From a virus, in the IMG/VR virus record IMGVR_UViG_3300028549_001461, positions 64,001 through 128,000 of that record: DNA of 64,000 bases, one strand, 5' to 3'. Both the position numbers and the translations under genes were made by a program. The stretch's first letter is position 1. Every line of letters begins with the position of its first letter. The notes under the pieces are model-generated. The model had not been told where the DNA came from, ran no database searches, and saw only the letters and a list, made by a program, of their open reading frames with translations. Below are positions 8,911 through 20,025 of this stretch, piece after piece.

Positions 8911-11694
8911 ATGAAATTACCTGGCTGGGAAAATTCAAATAGACTTCAATTCTCAATAGATAAAAGTGATGTTATAGAGGATATTAATCTATTACCATTT
9001 ATTTTTAGATTAGGTACTGATTCAGGTAATAATTTAGTAGATACTACTTTTATATTTGATTTTTTAACTGTCGGTGGAAGTAGTTTTGGTAGTAGGAAGA
9101 AGGTGGCATTTTCTCAGTTAGTAGGCGGCGAAGAAGTGCAACTGTTTGCTGAGTTAGATTTCTGGGACTCAGTTTTAAAAAAAGCTATATTTTGGATAAA
9201 ACCTATAGAGTTATCTTACAAGCATATCAATGTTTTTTATTTTTATTACGACAGTTCTAAACTTCCTAATGAGAATTATATATCAGACGCAGGGCAGAGC
9301 GCTATGCGTCTTATGATGCCTCTAAGTTCTCAGGGAACTTATGATAAAACACAAGTTTTTCCTTTTAGTCTAGTAAAGATCGATAATTTATATAAAATAT
9401 GGTATTTAGGTAAAGACGCCACAGTATCTCAAACAAGACGTATATTATATTGTGAGTCCACTGACTTAATAAACTTCTCTAATTACCACGTGGCGATCAG
9501 TCTTACACATACATTCGACACAGGTACACATGGTAAAGGTACTGTTTTATTTATAAGTGGTATATATAAAATGTGGTTTTGTGGTAATACTAATGCCACA
9601 AGTACTGTAGGTTATAAAATAGGTTACTGCACATCTTCTGATGGTTTAAATTGGGGTAGTTTTACCCAATGTACAGGTTTAAATATTTCAGGGGTAACTG
9701 ATGCAACACAAGAAGATTGTTCTGTAATATACGATGGTACTAAATATAAAATCTGGTTTAAAACTGGTATAGCTGGCCATGGTATTTACAAAATTTACTA
9801 TGCAGAATCTGTAAATGGTATTGCTTGGACAAATGTTACTAAAGTACTGGAGGCCTCTATGTTGACTTTTACTGATGTCGCCAGTGTATTTTTTTGTAAT
9901 ACTTTCTATAAGAATAATAAGTATGTTATGTGGTTTACTTTAAGTGACACTGGTAATAGTGGTATGTTTGTTTGTGACTCTTTAGATGGTATTTCATTTA
10001 GTAACTTTTCAAGTTTTTTAGATACGGGCGTAGAAGGTGAGTATGACTTAGATGGTTATCAAGGGTTAGCTTTATTGGACGACTTAGATAAGTACATATT
10101 TATTTATGGCGCTCCTAAAAACAGTAATTACAATTATAATCTTTTAATAGCTGACTCTACAAATTATTACAGACCACTAACACCTTCTCAGTATGTATGG
10201 GAAGATTTATTTACATCAGTAAATCATTTTAATCCTAACTACGGTTTTAAAAATTCCGTAAGTATGACAAATTCTTCAGTTACTATCAGCGAAACTGTTT
10301 CTTCCACAAAGAGCACTATAGGTGCGTATGCCTTAAATTTTAATAGTAACACTAGTTTTGCTAACTTAGGCGGTAGTTATAGAAATACTTTACCTAATTT
10401 TAGCCAATGTATAATTAATGCTAGACTTATTTCAGGTAATAGCATAATATATAAAGGTACCTACTCCTATATGAGTTATTTTTTGTACTATCAACAGCAA
10501 GCACCTGTTTTTAGATCTAATTATAATGATAATTTTGATGGAGTTGATGACTCTTTGCCTGATACGTACTTATGGCAAATTACCGCTGGTAATTCCAGAA
10601 TTTATAATAATAGTTTGAAATATTCATCTGGACTAATAGAGGAAATTACTTCTAACTTTTACATAGGTTCTAATTTTGATATCAGTTTTTCTTTTACAAT
10701 AGATGATTGTTCTCTTACTTCTTCTTGGTCTTTTGGAGTTAAATTAGTATCTGAGTCACATCTAACACTTGATTACGTTGTTCGCATATATAAAAATCCA
10801 TCTAATTCTATTTGTTATATAGAATGCACTAGGATGAACAAAAACACATATACTGTTTATGGCACAACTACTTATACAGTTTATGAAGAAGATATTTACA
10901 ATGGATCTTTTAGAATTTATAAATTAACTAATGATTTAAAGGTTACTTGTACCATAAATAATAATTTTTCTTATTCGTTTCCTCAGCTTTTTAATACACT
11001 TACCGAAGATGCCATATACCGAGTTTTATTTTTTAAACAAGATACTATAGTTAGAGACACTACTAAATTTTATATTACAGATTTTACAACATTAACTAAT
11101 AATACATTTATTAACTTAAGAAACTCCGACAAAAATAATTCCTTGGCTCTTGATTACAGATGCGGTGATATAACTTATTCACATGCTCCTATTACTTACA
11201 CATTAAATACTGATTGGGAAGTTTATGGCTTTGGTTTAAGTAATAATAACTATTTAAATGTTTTTTTAGGAGATATGTTTAATGGTTTTGTTTATTCCGA
11301 CAATGTAGATGTACTTAAAGCTAGTTCAAAAAGTACTATTTTAGGTGGAGAGACTAACAGTATGTTAGGTACTTACTCTGAGATTTTTTTTACAAAGAAC
11401 TTTTTTTCACCTTCTATGTTATCTTTTTTAAATCTTAGTTTGAAGGATTCACTTATAAAGATAGGTACTAATTATGTTAGAGGATACACTACTATCTATG
11501 GAGTTCCTTTTCAAACAAAGCTATTGGTCTATGATGAAGATACTGGAGATTTAATAGGTGGCGCTACCTCAAGTCATAGTAATGGTTTTTATTATACCGA
11601 AGTACCATTTGTTGAAAATTGCTTTATTATTGGTATTGGTAATGACTCCTATAATCATTTTATTTTAGATAAAGTTACTTTACAAGCTGTATAA
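8911..11694 (+). CDS. DUF2341/LamG-type tail fibre-like protein with inserted five-bladed glycosidase-like propeller
   Basis: DUF2341-like N-terminus (QLFAELDFWD..A.FWIK..FYFYYD). Repeated YK[IM]W[YF] and S.DG..W Asp-box blades. Confidence 0.6.
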   Translation: MKLPGWENSNRLQFSIDKSDVIEDINLLPFIFRLGTDSGNNLVDTTFIFDFLTVGGSSFGSRKKVAFSQLVGGEEVQLFAELDFWDSVLKKAIFWIKPIELSYKHINVFYFYYDSSKLPNENYISDAGQSAMRLMMPLSSQGTYDKTQVFPFSLVKIDNLYKIWYLGKDATVSQTRRILYCESTDLINFSNYHVAISLTHTFDTGTHGKGTVLFISGIYKMWFCGNTNATSTVGYKIGYCTSSDGLNWGSFTQCTGLNISGVTDATQEDCSVIYDGTKYKIWFKTGIAGHGIYKIYYAESVNGIAWTNVTKVLEASMLTFTDVASVFFCNTFYKNNKYVMWFTLSDTGNSGMFVCDSLDGISFSNFSSFLDTGVEGEYDLDGYQGLALLDDLDKYIFIYGAPKNSNYNYNLLIADSTNYYRPLTPSQYVWEDLFTSVNHFNPNYGFKNSVSMTNSSVTISETVSSTKSTIGAYALNFNSNTSFANLGGSYRNTLPNFSQCIINARLISGNSIIYKGTYSYMSYFLYYQQQAPVFRSNYNDNFDGVDDSLPDTYLWQITAGNSRIYNNSLKYSSGLIEEITSNFYIGSNFDISFSFTIDDCSLTSSWSFGVKLVSESHLTLDYVVRIYKNPSNSICYIECTRMNKNTYTVYGTTTYTVYEEDIYNGSFRIYKLTNDLKVTCTINNNFSYSFPQLFNTLTEDAIYRVLFFKQDTIVRDTTKFYITDFTTLTNNTFINLRNSDKNNSLALDYRCGDITYSHAPITYTLNTDWEVYGFGLSNNNYLNVFLGDMFNGFVYSDNVDVLKASSKSTILGGETNSMLGTYSEIFFTKNFFSPSMLSFLNLSLKDSLIKIGTNYVRGYTTIYGVPFQTKLLVYDEDTGDLIGGATSSHSNGFYYTEVPFVENCFIIGIGNDSYNHFILDKVTLQAV

Positions 11695-11697
11695 GTA

Positions 11698-11726
11698 TTG
11701 ACATGCGTGAATGTATGTGGTATAGT
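11698..11726 (+). promoter_or_regulatory. Sigma70-type promoter for the replication operon
   Basis: TTGACA-17 nt-TATAGT with extended TG, followed by a GGAG RBS before 11774. Confidence 0.8.
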
Positions 11727-11773
11727 ATGTGAAATAATTTTTTATCACTTTAAAATTTAAGGAAGGAGTTACT

Positions 11774-12907
11774 ATGGAATTTACAGTAGACCTGCTCGAT
11801 TTACAAAAAGCTTTTAAGTTTATAAGTACCGTAGCAAAACAGAACGATGAAGACGCTGAAGGACATATTCTACTAAATGCAAGATCTTCAGGAGAATTGG
11901 TGTTACTATCTAGTAGTGGTAATCTATCAATAACCCATACAGTACCAAATTGTCAAGTTGTAACAGAGGGTATTTTAGCAGTATCTTTTAAGAAACTAAG
12001 CTCTTTTATTGTTGCTTTTACCTATCTAAAGGAAGGTGTTGGTTCAAGTGTTGTTAAATTTAAAGGTTTAAAGAATGACCTATCTTTGTCTATTGATAGC
12101 TTTACTTTAAATGGTAAAAAATCAACACATAAACTTAAGTTACGTCAAGAAGTAGCACAAAAAGTAGCAATACCTTCACCCTTTAATGTAACGACTTTCG
12201 AAATTAACGCAGCTACTTTACGCTTAGCTATTTCAAAAGTAATATACGCGGTGAATCCTTCCTCTATAAGAGATTTTTTACAAGGAGTTAACATTAATTT
12301 TGATAAAGATTTCATATATTTTGTAGGTACAGACGCGCAAAAATTATCAGAGTATAAAACCCCAAATACCAGTAAATTACAAGAAGGCACTTTTACAGTT
12401 AACTACTCTTTTATTAATGCTTTAAAAAGAGTTATAGACGATGAGAGTTTAGTAAGTTTTAGTATTGATTCTCATAAAATTAAAGCACGTATAAATAATA
12501 CTGTCCTTCATGGAACTATTTTAATAGGTGATACTTACCCAGATTATAGAAAAGCTCTACAAGATTTTAAACATTCATTGGTTATAAATAAAGATGAATT
12601 TTTAGGAAGTTTAGCCCCTTTGTTACCTACCTTAGATAAGGAAGATCATAATAGACTAACTATTAAAATTGAAGATAATAAATTATCGCTAAATAATGAT
12701 TATGCAGATGCTGAATACGGTGGAGAAATTTCTTTTGATGGCACATTTATTATGGATTTAAACGGTATTTATCTATTAAGTACACTAACTGCAATAATGG
12801 ATGATTTAATTTGTTTTAAATTTTCTACTGAAACTAGTCCATTAATTTTTGATTCTTTTAGATTTTCTAATCAAAAGGCACTTATCACACCGGTAAGAAG
12901 ACATTAA
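11774..12907 (+). CDS. dnaN: DNA polymerase III beta sliding clamp
   Basis: 377 aa. L..AI.KV.YA....R..LQGV, VGTD..KL, G.YPDY, N..YL...L and ALI.PVR motifs. Confidence 0.9.
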   Translation: MEFTVDLLDLQKAFKFISTVAKQNDEDAEGHILLNARSSGELVLLSSSGNLSITHTVPNCQVVTEGILAVSFKKLSSFIVAFTYLKEGVGSSVVKFKGLKNDLSLSIDSFTLNGKKSTHKLKLRQEVAQKVAIPSPFNVTTFEINAATLRLAISKVIYAVNPSSIRDFLQGVNINFDKDFIYFVGTDAQKLSEYKTPNTSKLQEGTFTVNYSFINALKRVIDDESLVSFSIDSHKIKARINNTVLHGTILIGDTYPDYRKALQDFKHSLVINKDEFLGSLAPLLPTLDKEDHNRLTIKIEDNKLSLNNDYADAEYGGEISFDGTFIMDLNGIYLLSTLTAIMDDLICFKFSTETSPLIFDSFRFSNQKALITPVRRH

Positions 12908-13482
12908 TGAACACTCTTGATACTTTAATTGGTTGCATAAAAAATCTTGAAAATCCTGGGTTTTTAAAGGACCATTTACTACTAGATGCTGTGGAAGAAG
13001 CATGTGCTTCTTACCTTAAATCTATTGGTTACAAAGTTTCTAAAAATACGGACTATTATAAAATAAATACAATTGATGAACTTGTAGATTTTTTTTATAA
13101 TTGTTTAGATTACTACCATAGTGAGGTTTGTTCTTTAGTATCCAATAGACAGAAAGACAGAGCACTGTTTTCTAAGTTTATATCTAATAGACAAAGTGAG
13201 TTAGGGTGTTCCTTTAAAGATGGTTTACAGGACTGCGCTAATATAGTGAAGGCCTTATTTATTTACGAAGATGAATTAGCTCTTACACTTCCTATTGGCA
13301 CTTGGGTTTTTGGAAGTGAAAAATGTAAATGGCTAACAGATAAAGTAATAAATATACTTAATAATAATTTAGAAAGTGTAAATGAGCAAAAAGTAGTTAA
13401 GATGATAGAAGACAATGAACGTAACTCGGATGATTACATTGGATTCGATTTTGAAAAATTAAGGAGGATGTATGGTGAGTAA
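12907..13482 (+). CDS. Hypothetical protein
   Basis: 191 aa ORF translationally coupled between dnaN and recA. Confidence 0.6.
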   Translation: MNTLDTLIGCIKNLENPGFLKDHLLLDAVEEACASYLKSIGYKVSKNTDYYKINTIDELVDFFYNCLDYYHSEVCSLVSNRQKDRALFSKFISNRQSELGCSFKDGLQDCANIVKALFIYEDELALTLPIGTWVFGSEKCKWLTDKVINILNNNLESVNEQKVVKMIEDNERNSDDYIGFDFEKLRRMYGE

Positions 13483-14551
13483 GAAAGCAGATGATGTTCA
13501 GGAAAAGGAAAGCAAAGTTACTTCTTTTGATATTGCTTTAAAGTCCATAAATAAAAAGTTTGGTGAGGCTGTAAAACCTATGAGTGAAAAACCACTCATA
13601 ATCAATACTATATCTACAAGAAGTTTAGGATTAGACGCAGCTTTAGGAAGAGGTGGTGTAGCTAAAGGTAGATTATACGAAATATATGGTCCACCAAGCG
13701 CAGGAAAAACCACATTAGCTATGTCTATAATTGCTGAAGGTCAGCGTAGAGGTATGAACTGTGTTTTTGTTGACGCAGAACATAGTGCTGATCCTAAACT
13801 ATTTAGTAGTATGGGTGTAGATGTATCAAGACTTCATGTGGTAGAGTTATACACAGGTGAAGATAATTTAGCAGCCGCTGAAACGTTAATGAAAACAAAA
13901 GCAGTTGACCTATTAGTTATTGACTCTGTTACTTCTCTTATACCTAAAGTAGCTGCAGACTCAGAGTTAGAAGACAACAACATTGCTTTACTTGCTCGAC
14001 TAATGAGTAAAACTACTCTTAGGTTTGTTCCTATAGCTGCAGAGACTGACACTTGTGTTATTTTTATTAATCAAACTAGAAACAAGATTGGCGGTTATGG
14101 TAATCCTGAAACTACTACCGGTGGAGATGCATTACCTTTTTATGCTACAGGGAGGATTAGAGTTTCTGGCGTTGGCGCTAAAGCAAATCGTATTGTAGAT
14201 GGTAAAGGTAAAGTTATAGGTCATAGAACAGAATTTGAAACTATAAAAAATAAACTTGCTTGTCCATTTGTTAAATCAGAAACAGATCTTATCTACGGTG
14301 TTGGTTATGATATGGTTGGCGAAGTTGTAAAAATAGCTACAGATTTAGGTGTATTGAGTAAAGCTGGCAGTTGGTACAAGTATAGTGGTGAAAATGTTGG
14401 CCAAGGAGAAATGGGTGTAAGAAAGTTTTTCGAAGATCAGCCTGATGTAGCTTTAGTAATAAAAGAAGAAATTACAAGATTAATGGGTGTAGATGTTTAC
14501 TATAGGGCCCAGGAAGAATATGATAAAGTTAGAAAAGGTCTTGTTAGTTAA
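13472..14551 (+). CDS. recA: RecA recombinase
   Basis: LD.ALG.GG, Walker A GPPSAGKTT, VDAEH, IDSV, FINQ.R.KIG..GNPETTTGG.AL.FYA, KNK.A.PF. Confidence 0.97.
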   Translation: MVSKKADDVQEKESKVTSFDIALKSINKKFGEAVKPMSEKPLIINTISTRSLGLDAALGRGGVAKGRLYEIYGPPSAGKTTLAMSIIAEGQRRGMNCVFVDAEHSADPKLFSSMGVDVSRLHVVELYTGEDNLAAAETLMKTKAVDLLVIDSVTSLIPKVAADSELEDNNIALLARLMSKTTLRFVPIAAETDTCVIFINQTRNKIGGYGNPETTTGGDALPFYATGRIRVSGVGAKANRIVDGKGKVIGHRTEFETIKNKLACPFVKSETDLIYGVGYDMVGEVVKIATDLGVLSKAGSWYKYSGENVGQGEMGVRKFFEDQPDVALVIKEEITRLMGVDVYYRAQEEYDKVRKGLVS

Positions 14552-14896
14552 ATGAGTAAAATAGCCGATAGTGTTTATGAGATATTAAAGGAAGAATTCA
14601 TTTTTACTACTATCGAAAAAGAGTACTATATAAATTATAGAAATACAAGATTACTTTTTGATTTCTATGTTAAATCTTTAGGTATTTTAATTGAGTGTCA
14701 AGGGAGACAGCATACTGAATTTGTTAAGCATTTCCATGGACAAGTAGAAAATTTCTACGCTCAAAAGAGACGAGATAATTTAAAAGTAGAATATTGTGAA
14801 GAAAATAATTTGACTTTAGTATATTTTTATGATACTATAGATGTTATAACAAATAAATTAATTTTAGATAGGATATATGAGGCAATGAATGATTAA
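14552..14896 (+). CDS. Small PD-(D/E)xK / Vsr-DUF559-like endonuclease
   Basis: FDFYV....ILIE.QG.QH...RD..K..YC pattern. Confidence 0.7.
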   Translation: MSKIADSVYEILKEEFIFTTIEKEYYINYRNTRLLFDFYVKSLGILIECQGRQHTEFVKHFHGQVENFYAQKRRDNLKVEYCEENNLTLVYFYDTIDVITNKLILDRIYEAMND

Positions 14897-15140
14897 TTTG
14901 ATTAATGTTAATAATAAAAAATATTGTAAAGATTGTGCTGATTGGACACCTCTCAAGGACGGTACTAAGACAGGGGATCCAAAGTACTGCGACTTAAGCC
15001 AACTTTGTAAACAGATTGGCATGAAAACTGATTGGTATAATTTTTTTAATTACGAAACTATGGAATACGACTTTGACTATTTTTGCACAGGATTTTATTG
15101 TACAGAAGAAAATAAAAGAGATGATGATGAGGTATCTTAA
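14889..15140 (+). CDS. Small Cys-rich hypothetical protein
   Basis: CxxC plus further Cys residues; coupled in the operon. Confidence 0.5.
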   Translation: MINLINVNNKKYCKDCADWTPLKDGTKTGDPKYCDLSQLCKQIGMKTDWYNFFNYETMEYDFDYFCTGFYCTEENKRDDDEVS

Positions 15141-15595
15141 TGGATTTAAATTTATTATTGTATCAGAAATGCAAACCAGAAAGTTCTTTAGTAGAACAAA
15201 TATTTTCCTACGATGTACGTGATTTAGAACAGACTGATGATACTTTTATTAGCAAAGCTGTTATAGCGTTATCTCAGTATTTAGTTTATTTTAAATCCCA
15301 ACTAAATACTACACAAGCCTCTCTCACCATGAAAGAACGTGTATTGGAAGGTGTTCTATTTGATTTAATAACACCAGATATTATTAAAAAATATAAAACT
15401 AAAAAAGATGCAAGGTTTGGTCTTGTGTATTCTAACGAAACACTAAATAACTTACAATTAGAAATTGATTCTCTGGGTGATGAGCTATTACTACTAGACG
15501 GTGTTGATAAAACTATAATGGAATTAATAGCTGCTTTTAAACGTGAATTAACAAGGAGAGAAAATGAATTATACCAGAGGAAACATTATAAGTAA
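15140..15595 (+). CDS. Helical hypothetical protein (possible recombination mediator or helicase loader)
   Basis: Coiled-coil character; lies between recA and dnaB. Function inferred from context only. Confidence 0.45.
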   Translation: MDLNLLLYQKCKPESSLVEQIFSYDVRDLEQTDDTFISKAVIALSQYLVYFKSQLNTTQASLTMKERVLEGVLFDLITPDIIKKYKTKKDARFGLVYSNETLNNLQLEIDSLGDELLLLDGVDKTIMELIAAFKRELTRRENELYQRKHYK

Positions 15596-17033
15596 CACAG
15601 CATCTTCTAATAGTTATAATTTTTGCGATGCTTCAAATGAACGTAGTATATTAGCTATTATATCGCACAATGAAGATGCTTTTTTTAGTGTTTTATCCAG
15701 AGTAACAGAAAATGATTTTTTAGCTCCAGAATCTAAAGCTTACTTTTCTATACTTTGTTTGTTGAATTCTTCTGGGTACAGTAAATTTACAAAAATGTTG
15801 TTAATAAAAACTTCTGCAGATTTAGGTTATACTGACTTATGCAGTGAATCTTTTGTAGATGCTATTTTAAATGTACCACCGGCTTTTGATAATTTGAATA
15901 ACTTTATAAATAAACTAGTTGATGATAGTACTAAGTATCAATTATTTATGAATTTAACAACACATACAGATGCGGTCTTAACAAACGCTTGTGCTATTGG
16001 TACTAAATCTAGTGATGATTTAATTAATACATTACAATCAGACCTTATATCTTTATCTATACATAGTGAAGCTATATCAGAGCCTAAACATATATCTGAA
16101 GGTTTAACAGAATATTTAGAAAGTATTATGGACGTACATACACCTGTTATAGGTCTATCAACAGGATTTCCAATATTAGATAAAGTTATAGATGGACTTA
16201 TTCCAGGAACACTAATGATTGTAGCTGCAAGAAAAAAGATGGGTAAGTCTACTGTACTAACCAATATAGCTGCCAATGTCGCTGTAAACGATGGTTTACC
16301 CACCTTATATGTCGATACCGAGATGACATTTAAAGAGTGGCGTGATAGGGTTTTGGGCATTATAAGTGGTGTTCAAGAACGTACTATAAAACACGGTGGT
16401 TTTAAGAATGATAAGGAGGTTTTAAAAAGAATATTTGACGCCGCTAAGTATTTAGAGAAAAGTAAACTTTTTCATCATTACTTACCTGGTTATAATTTAG
16501 AGAAAATAACCTCTTTATATAAAAAGTACAAGTTTAAAGAGGATATTAAACTAGGTGTTTTTGATTATATTAAAGAACCTGAATCTTCAAGTATAGAAGC
16601 TGGTAGAAAGGAATACCAGATTTTAGGTGACGTAACCACAAGACTTAAAGATCTTTCAGGTCAGCTTAATATACCTTTTATAGCTGCTGTACAAGTAAAT
16701 AGATCTGGCGATGTTGCCGACTCCGATAGAGTAGCAAGGTATGGAGATATTGTTGCCTTTTGGGGTTTACGAGATTTAAAAAGAGCCGAAGAAGAAGCGA
16801 TAGATTTAGATTTAGCTGGTCATTACAGCCTATGCATAAGAGATACTCGTAGAGGAGGTACGACAGGTGAGTGGGGTATAGGCTTTAAATTTAAGAAAAC
16901 CAAACTTAAAATACTTGAAGTAAGCCAAGAAAACCAGATTGAGACTTTTGATTATCTTTCAGATATGAAGATAGATTTAGGAAGTAGTTTAAATAATAAT
17001 GAGGATTTATACGCAGATGGCTCACTCCTTTAA
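15564..17033 (+). CDS. dnaB: Replicative DnaB-family helicase
   Basis: GLSTGF..LD....GL.PG.L.IVAAR..MGKS, DTEM, FDYI, LK.L...LNIP.I...Q.NR. Confidence 0.93.
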   Translation: MNYTRGNIISNTASSNSYNFCDASNERSILAIISHNEDAFFSVLSRVTENDFLAPESKAYFSILCLLNSSGYSKFTKMLLIKTSADLGYTDLCSESFVDAILNVPPAFDNLNNFINKLVDDSTKYQLFMNLTTHTDAVLTNACAIGTKSSDDLINTLQSDLISLSIHSEAISEPKHISEGLTEYLESIMDVHTPVIGLSTGFPILDKVIDGLIPGTLMIVAARKKMGKSTVLTNIAANVAVNDGLPTLYVDTEMTFKEWRDRVLGIISGVQERTIKHGGFKNDKEVLKRIFDAAKYLEKSKLFHHYLPGYNLEKITSLYKKYKFKEDIKLGVFDYIKEPESSSIEAGRKEYQILGDVTTRLKDLSGQLNIPFIAAVQVNRSGDVADSDRVARYGDIVAFWGLRDLKRAEEEAIDLDLAGHYSLCIRDTRRGGTTGEWGIGFKFKKTKLKILEVSQENQIETFDYLSDMKIDLGSSLNNNEDLYADGSLL

Positions 17034-18045
17034 TAGTACTGATATACAAATACTCAAAGAAAGTGTAGACTTGGTTATGTTGGTCAGTTCTCTAGGTTTC
17101 AATATAACACATGAAAATACCAGAGAAATAAGAGCAGCATGTGTTATTCATGGCGGGGACAATAAGAGCGCCTTTAGGCTGAATAAGGATACACGTACTT
17201 GGCAGTGTTTTACTAATAAGTGTCATATAGAACATGGTTATGACTTAATAGGTCTTATAAAAGCTGTACTAAAGATAGATTTTATAGCAGCAGTTAATTA
17301 CTTGAGGGACCTTGTAGGTGATATATCATTTAATGCCAAGTTTGCGTCTGACCGTCTTTTTTCTAGAGATAAGGATGCTTTTATACGTAGTTATTCTAAA
17401 CCCAAGATGCCAGAGTATGTTTCTGAGGGTCATTTAATATCCTATAGACCTTTAAGATCTACTCTGTTTAATAAAAAAGGTAATTTTTCTAACGCTACTT
17501 TAAATTACTTTGAAGTTTCTGGTGGATTTACTGATAATTTTGGTATACTGCGTGATATAATTCCTATAAGGGACGCTGAAGGTAGTTTAAAAGCCTACTC
17601 TTTACGTGATACTAGGTTGAATCCTCCTGATGAACATCATAAATATATAATAACTTCTGGGTTTTTAAAAGACACTGTGTTATATAACTTGCATAATGCT
17701 AAAATATATGGTAATATACTTCCATTAATAGTTGTAGAGGGTTTTAAATCTGTTTGGCGACTTTATGACTACGGTATTTATAATGTAGTTTGTGTTATGG
17801 GGTCTTTTTTAAGTCCTGGTCAACTACAACTTCTAAAAACATACGCTTTAAAAGGTGTTTTACTAATGTTTGATGCAGATAAAGCAGGTAGAGGGGGCGC
17901 AAAACTTGCTTATGATAGTTTGGATGAAGAGCATATACCTGTAGTTGATCTTGATATCAGCGACAAAGTTATGAAAACAACAGATGGCCCCGCTGAACTA
18001 TCATCAGAGGATATATATAGTTATGTATACCAGTATATTAGGTGA
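16999..18045 (+). CDS. dnaG: DnaG-like primase (Zn finger + TOPRIM)
   Basis: C..H.......C....C zinc finger, IIPIRD..G, VVEG, FDAD.AG. Likely start ATG 17017. Confidence 0.9.
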   Translation: MRIYTQMAHSFNSTDIQILKESVDLVMLVSSLGFNITHENTREIRAACVIHGGDNKSAFRLNKDTRTWQCFTNKCHIEHGYDLIGLIKAVLKIDFIAAVNYLRDLVGDISFNAKFASDRLFSRDKDAFIRSYSKPKMPEYVSEGHLISYRPLRSTLFNKKGNFSNATLNYFEVSGGFTDNFGILRDIIPIRDAEGSLKAYSLRDTRLNPPDEHHKYIITSGFLKDTVLYNLHNAKIYGNILPLIVVEGFKSVWRLYDYGIYNVVCVMGSFLSPGQLQLLKTYALKGVLLMFDADKAGRGGAKLAYDSLDEEHIPVVDLDISDKVMKTTDGPAELSSEDIYSYVYQYIR

Positions 18046-18343
18046 AAATATAGTTAAACTCATAGGTAAGATAAGCTACAAAGAAGTTAATACCTATGGG
18101 GATAGAATAAATTTTAGATGTAAATTAGCTGTACCTATTGAAGAAGCTTTTCAATATATAAAAATATCTGCTTGGGGTAAAATGGCAGAGGCTTTAGGTG
18201 AATTACCTAATGGTACTTATATAAAGTTGTTTGGTCATATAGAAGAATCTTCTTTTACTACAAATTGTAAGTATTGTAAAGGTCCTTCTACAACGTATTG
18301 GACTTCTGTTAGTGTTGATAATTTTGTTGTTGTTTCTTATTAA
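18023..18343 (+). CDS. SSB-like OB-fold protein
   Basis: N.V.LIG.I...F..KLAV....I.ISAWG..AE....L..G..I...G.I with a CxxC insertion. Start uncertain. Confidence 0.7.
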   Translation: MYTSILGENIVKLIGKISYKEVNTYGDRINFRCKLAVPIEEAFQYIKISAWGKMAEALGELPNGTYIKLFGHIEESSFTTNCKYCKGPSTTYWTSVSVDNFVVVSY

Positions 18344-18374
18344 TTTTTAAAACATAAATGAGTGAGGTAAAAGA

Positions 18375-18722
18375 ATGAGTGAAACTCCTGAAGAAAAAGA
18401 TGTAGTTTATGCAATGCCCACATTGGCAATGCTTCCCGCTAATAATTTTAAAATACATATTGACGGTAATAAACATATAATAGAATTGCCATGTTCTGGT
18501 TCTTATAAAGAAATAGATCCAGAATTCTTTTCTGATGATGATGGTACTTTTATCTTATTCGAAAATGATACATTGTTTGTGTCTTCTATAACAAAAGTAC
18601 TTTTTGCTGTTTCTAAATACCCACGTTTAGCAGACAATCAACTTTTTTGTCCTATAACTATCACTAAAAAAGATGATAAGCTTGTAATATGTGGTCAAGT
18701 GGTAACTATGATAGGAGAATAA
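18375..18722 (+). CDS. Hypothetical protein
   Basis: 115 aa ORF with GAGG RBS. Confidence 0.6.
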   Translation: MSETPEEKDVVYAMPTLAMLPANNFKIHIDGNKHIIELPCSGSYKEIDPEFFSDDDGTFILFENDTLFVSSITKVLFAVSKYPRLADNQLFCPITITKKDDKLVICGQVVTMIGE

Positions 18723-18725
18723 AAA

Positions 18726-19508
18726 ATGAGCAATTACTATGACGTTCTAGGTGTAAGTAGAACAGCTACTGAAGAAGAAATTAAAAAGGCTTTTAGAAAA
18801 TTAGCTTTAGAACATCATCCTGATAAGAATAATGGTGATGATAGTAAGTTTAAAGAAATAAATGAAGCCTACCAAGTTTTATCTGATAGTAAAAAAAGAA
18901 GAGACTATGATAATCCTGGCTTTTCTTCAGGTTCTTTTGGTAGATCTCCCTTCGACGTACACGACTTTTTTAGAGAACATTTTAATATGAACATGGGTGG
19001 GGCCGGTTCCAGAAATTTCCCACAAAAAGGACAAGACGTTAGTTTAGTTTTACCAGTATCTTTATATGAAGCCGTAGTAGGTATTGATAAACCTATAAAA
19101 TTTAATTTAGAAGACACTTGTATTAAGTGTGATGGTACAGGATTTTTAGATAGGATTACTTGTAAAGTTTGTAATGGTGCTGGGGTAAGAGCTCAAACAG
19201 TTCAACACCATAATATGCACATGATGTCACACGTTCCGTGTGATGCATGTGCCGGTAAAGGTTTTACATCTAATTCAAAATGCACTGTTTGTACATTAGG
19301 TAAAGTGGTAACAAATAAAGATTTTATAGCTACTGTACCTAAAGGTATCACCCATGGTACTACATTACAATTTCCTGGTAAGGGTGGTGTGGGTAAATTC
19401 GGAGGTCCAAATGGTGGTGTGTTTATTAGGGTGCATATTAATTTACCTAATGCGGATGCGTTAACTCCTGAACAATTAAATGTTTTAAGAGATATAAGTG
19501 CTAAATAG
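18726..19508 (+). CDS. dnaJ: DnaJ co-chaperone
   Basis: J-domain with HPD, G/F region, CxxCxGxG zinc-finger repeats; short C-terminus. Confidence 0.93.
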   Translation: MSNYYDVLGVSRTATEEEIKKAFRKLALEHHPDKNNGDDSKFKEINEAYQVLSDSKKRRDYDNPGFSSGSFGRSPFDVHDFFREHFNMNMGGAGSRNFPQKGQDVSLVLPVSLYEAVVGIDKPIKFNLEDTCIKCDGTGFLDRITCKVCNGAGVRAQTVQHHNMHMMSHVPCDACAGKGFTSNSKCTVCTLGKVVTNKDFIATVPKGITHGTTLQFPGKGGVGKFGGPNGGVFIRVHINLPNADALTPEQLNVLRDISAK

Positions 19509-20025
19509 TATACTAAGTTTAGATATATCAGCATCATCTACAGGGTGGTGCTACACAGACACGGGTGCTTCTTTTATTTCTGGTACTATAAAAAGTAATC
19601 CTAAGGATTCAAGAGGTACCCGATTAGTTAACTTTGGATCGGAGCTGGAGAATTTGTTATTGAAATTGACTCCTACTTACATAGTACAAGAGGATACTTT
19701 TTCAGGTAAAAATGTTAGAACTTTAAAAATTTTATCAGAATTCTCAGGCGTGTCTAAATATATTTGCATGAAAACCCTTAATATAGACCCCTTTATTGTG
19801 GCTAATACTTCTGTTAAATCTTACTTTAAGAGTGCTACTAAAGATATTCTATTTGATTTTATCTGTGAGCTGTTCGATTTAGTTGACACATCTTTTGCTT
19901 TAAACAATGATGCTGTTGACGCTCAAGCACAATTATTGTATTATGCTGACGAGATTTTAAATTTGTATAAATATAGATATGATAAAGATTATGGATATCT
20001 TTATTTGGAGGATACAAGTGAGTAA
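19498..20025 (+). CDS. ruvC: RuvC-like Holliday junction resolvase
   Basis: ILSLDIS..STGW, IVQE, VKSY...A.K and D..DA acidic motifs. Confidence 0.8.
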   Translation: MLNSILSLDISASSTGWCYTDTGASFISGTIKSNPKDSRGTRLVNFGSELENLLLKLTPTYIVQEDTFSGKNVRTLKILSEFSGVSKYICMKTLNIDPFIVANTSVKSYFKSATKDILFDFICELFDLVDTSFALNNDAVDAQAQLLYYADEILNLYKYRYDKDYGYLYLEDTSE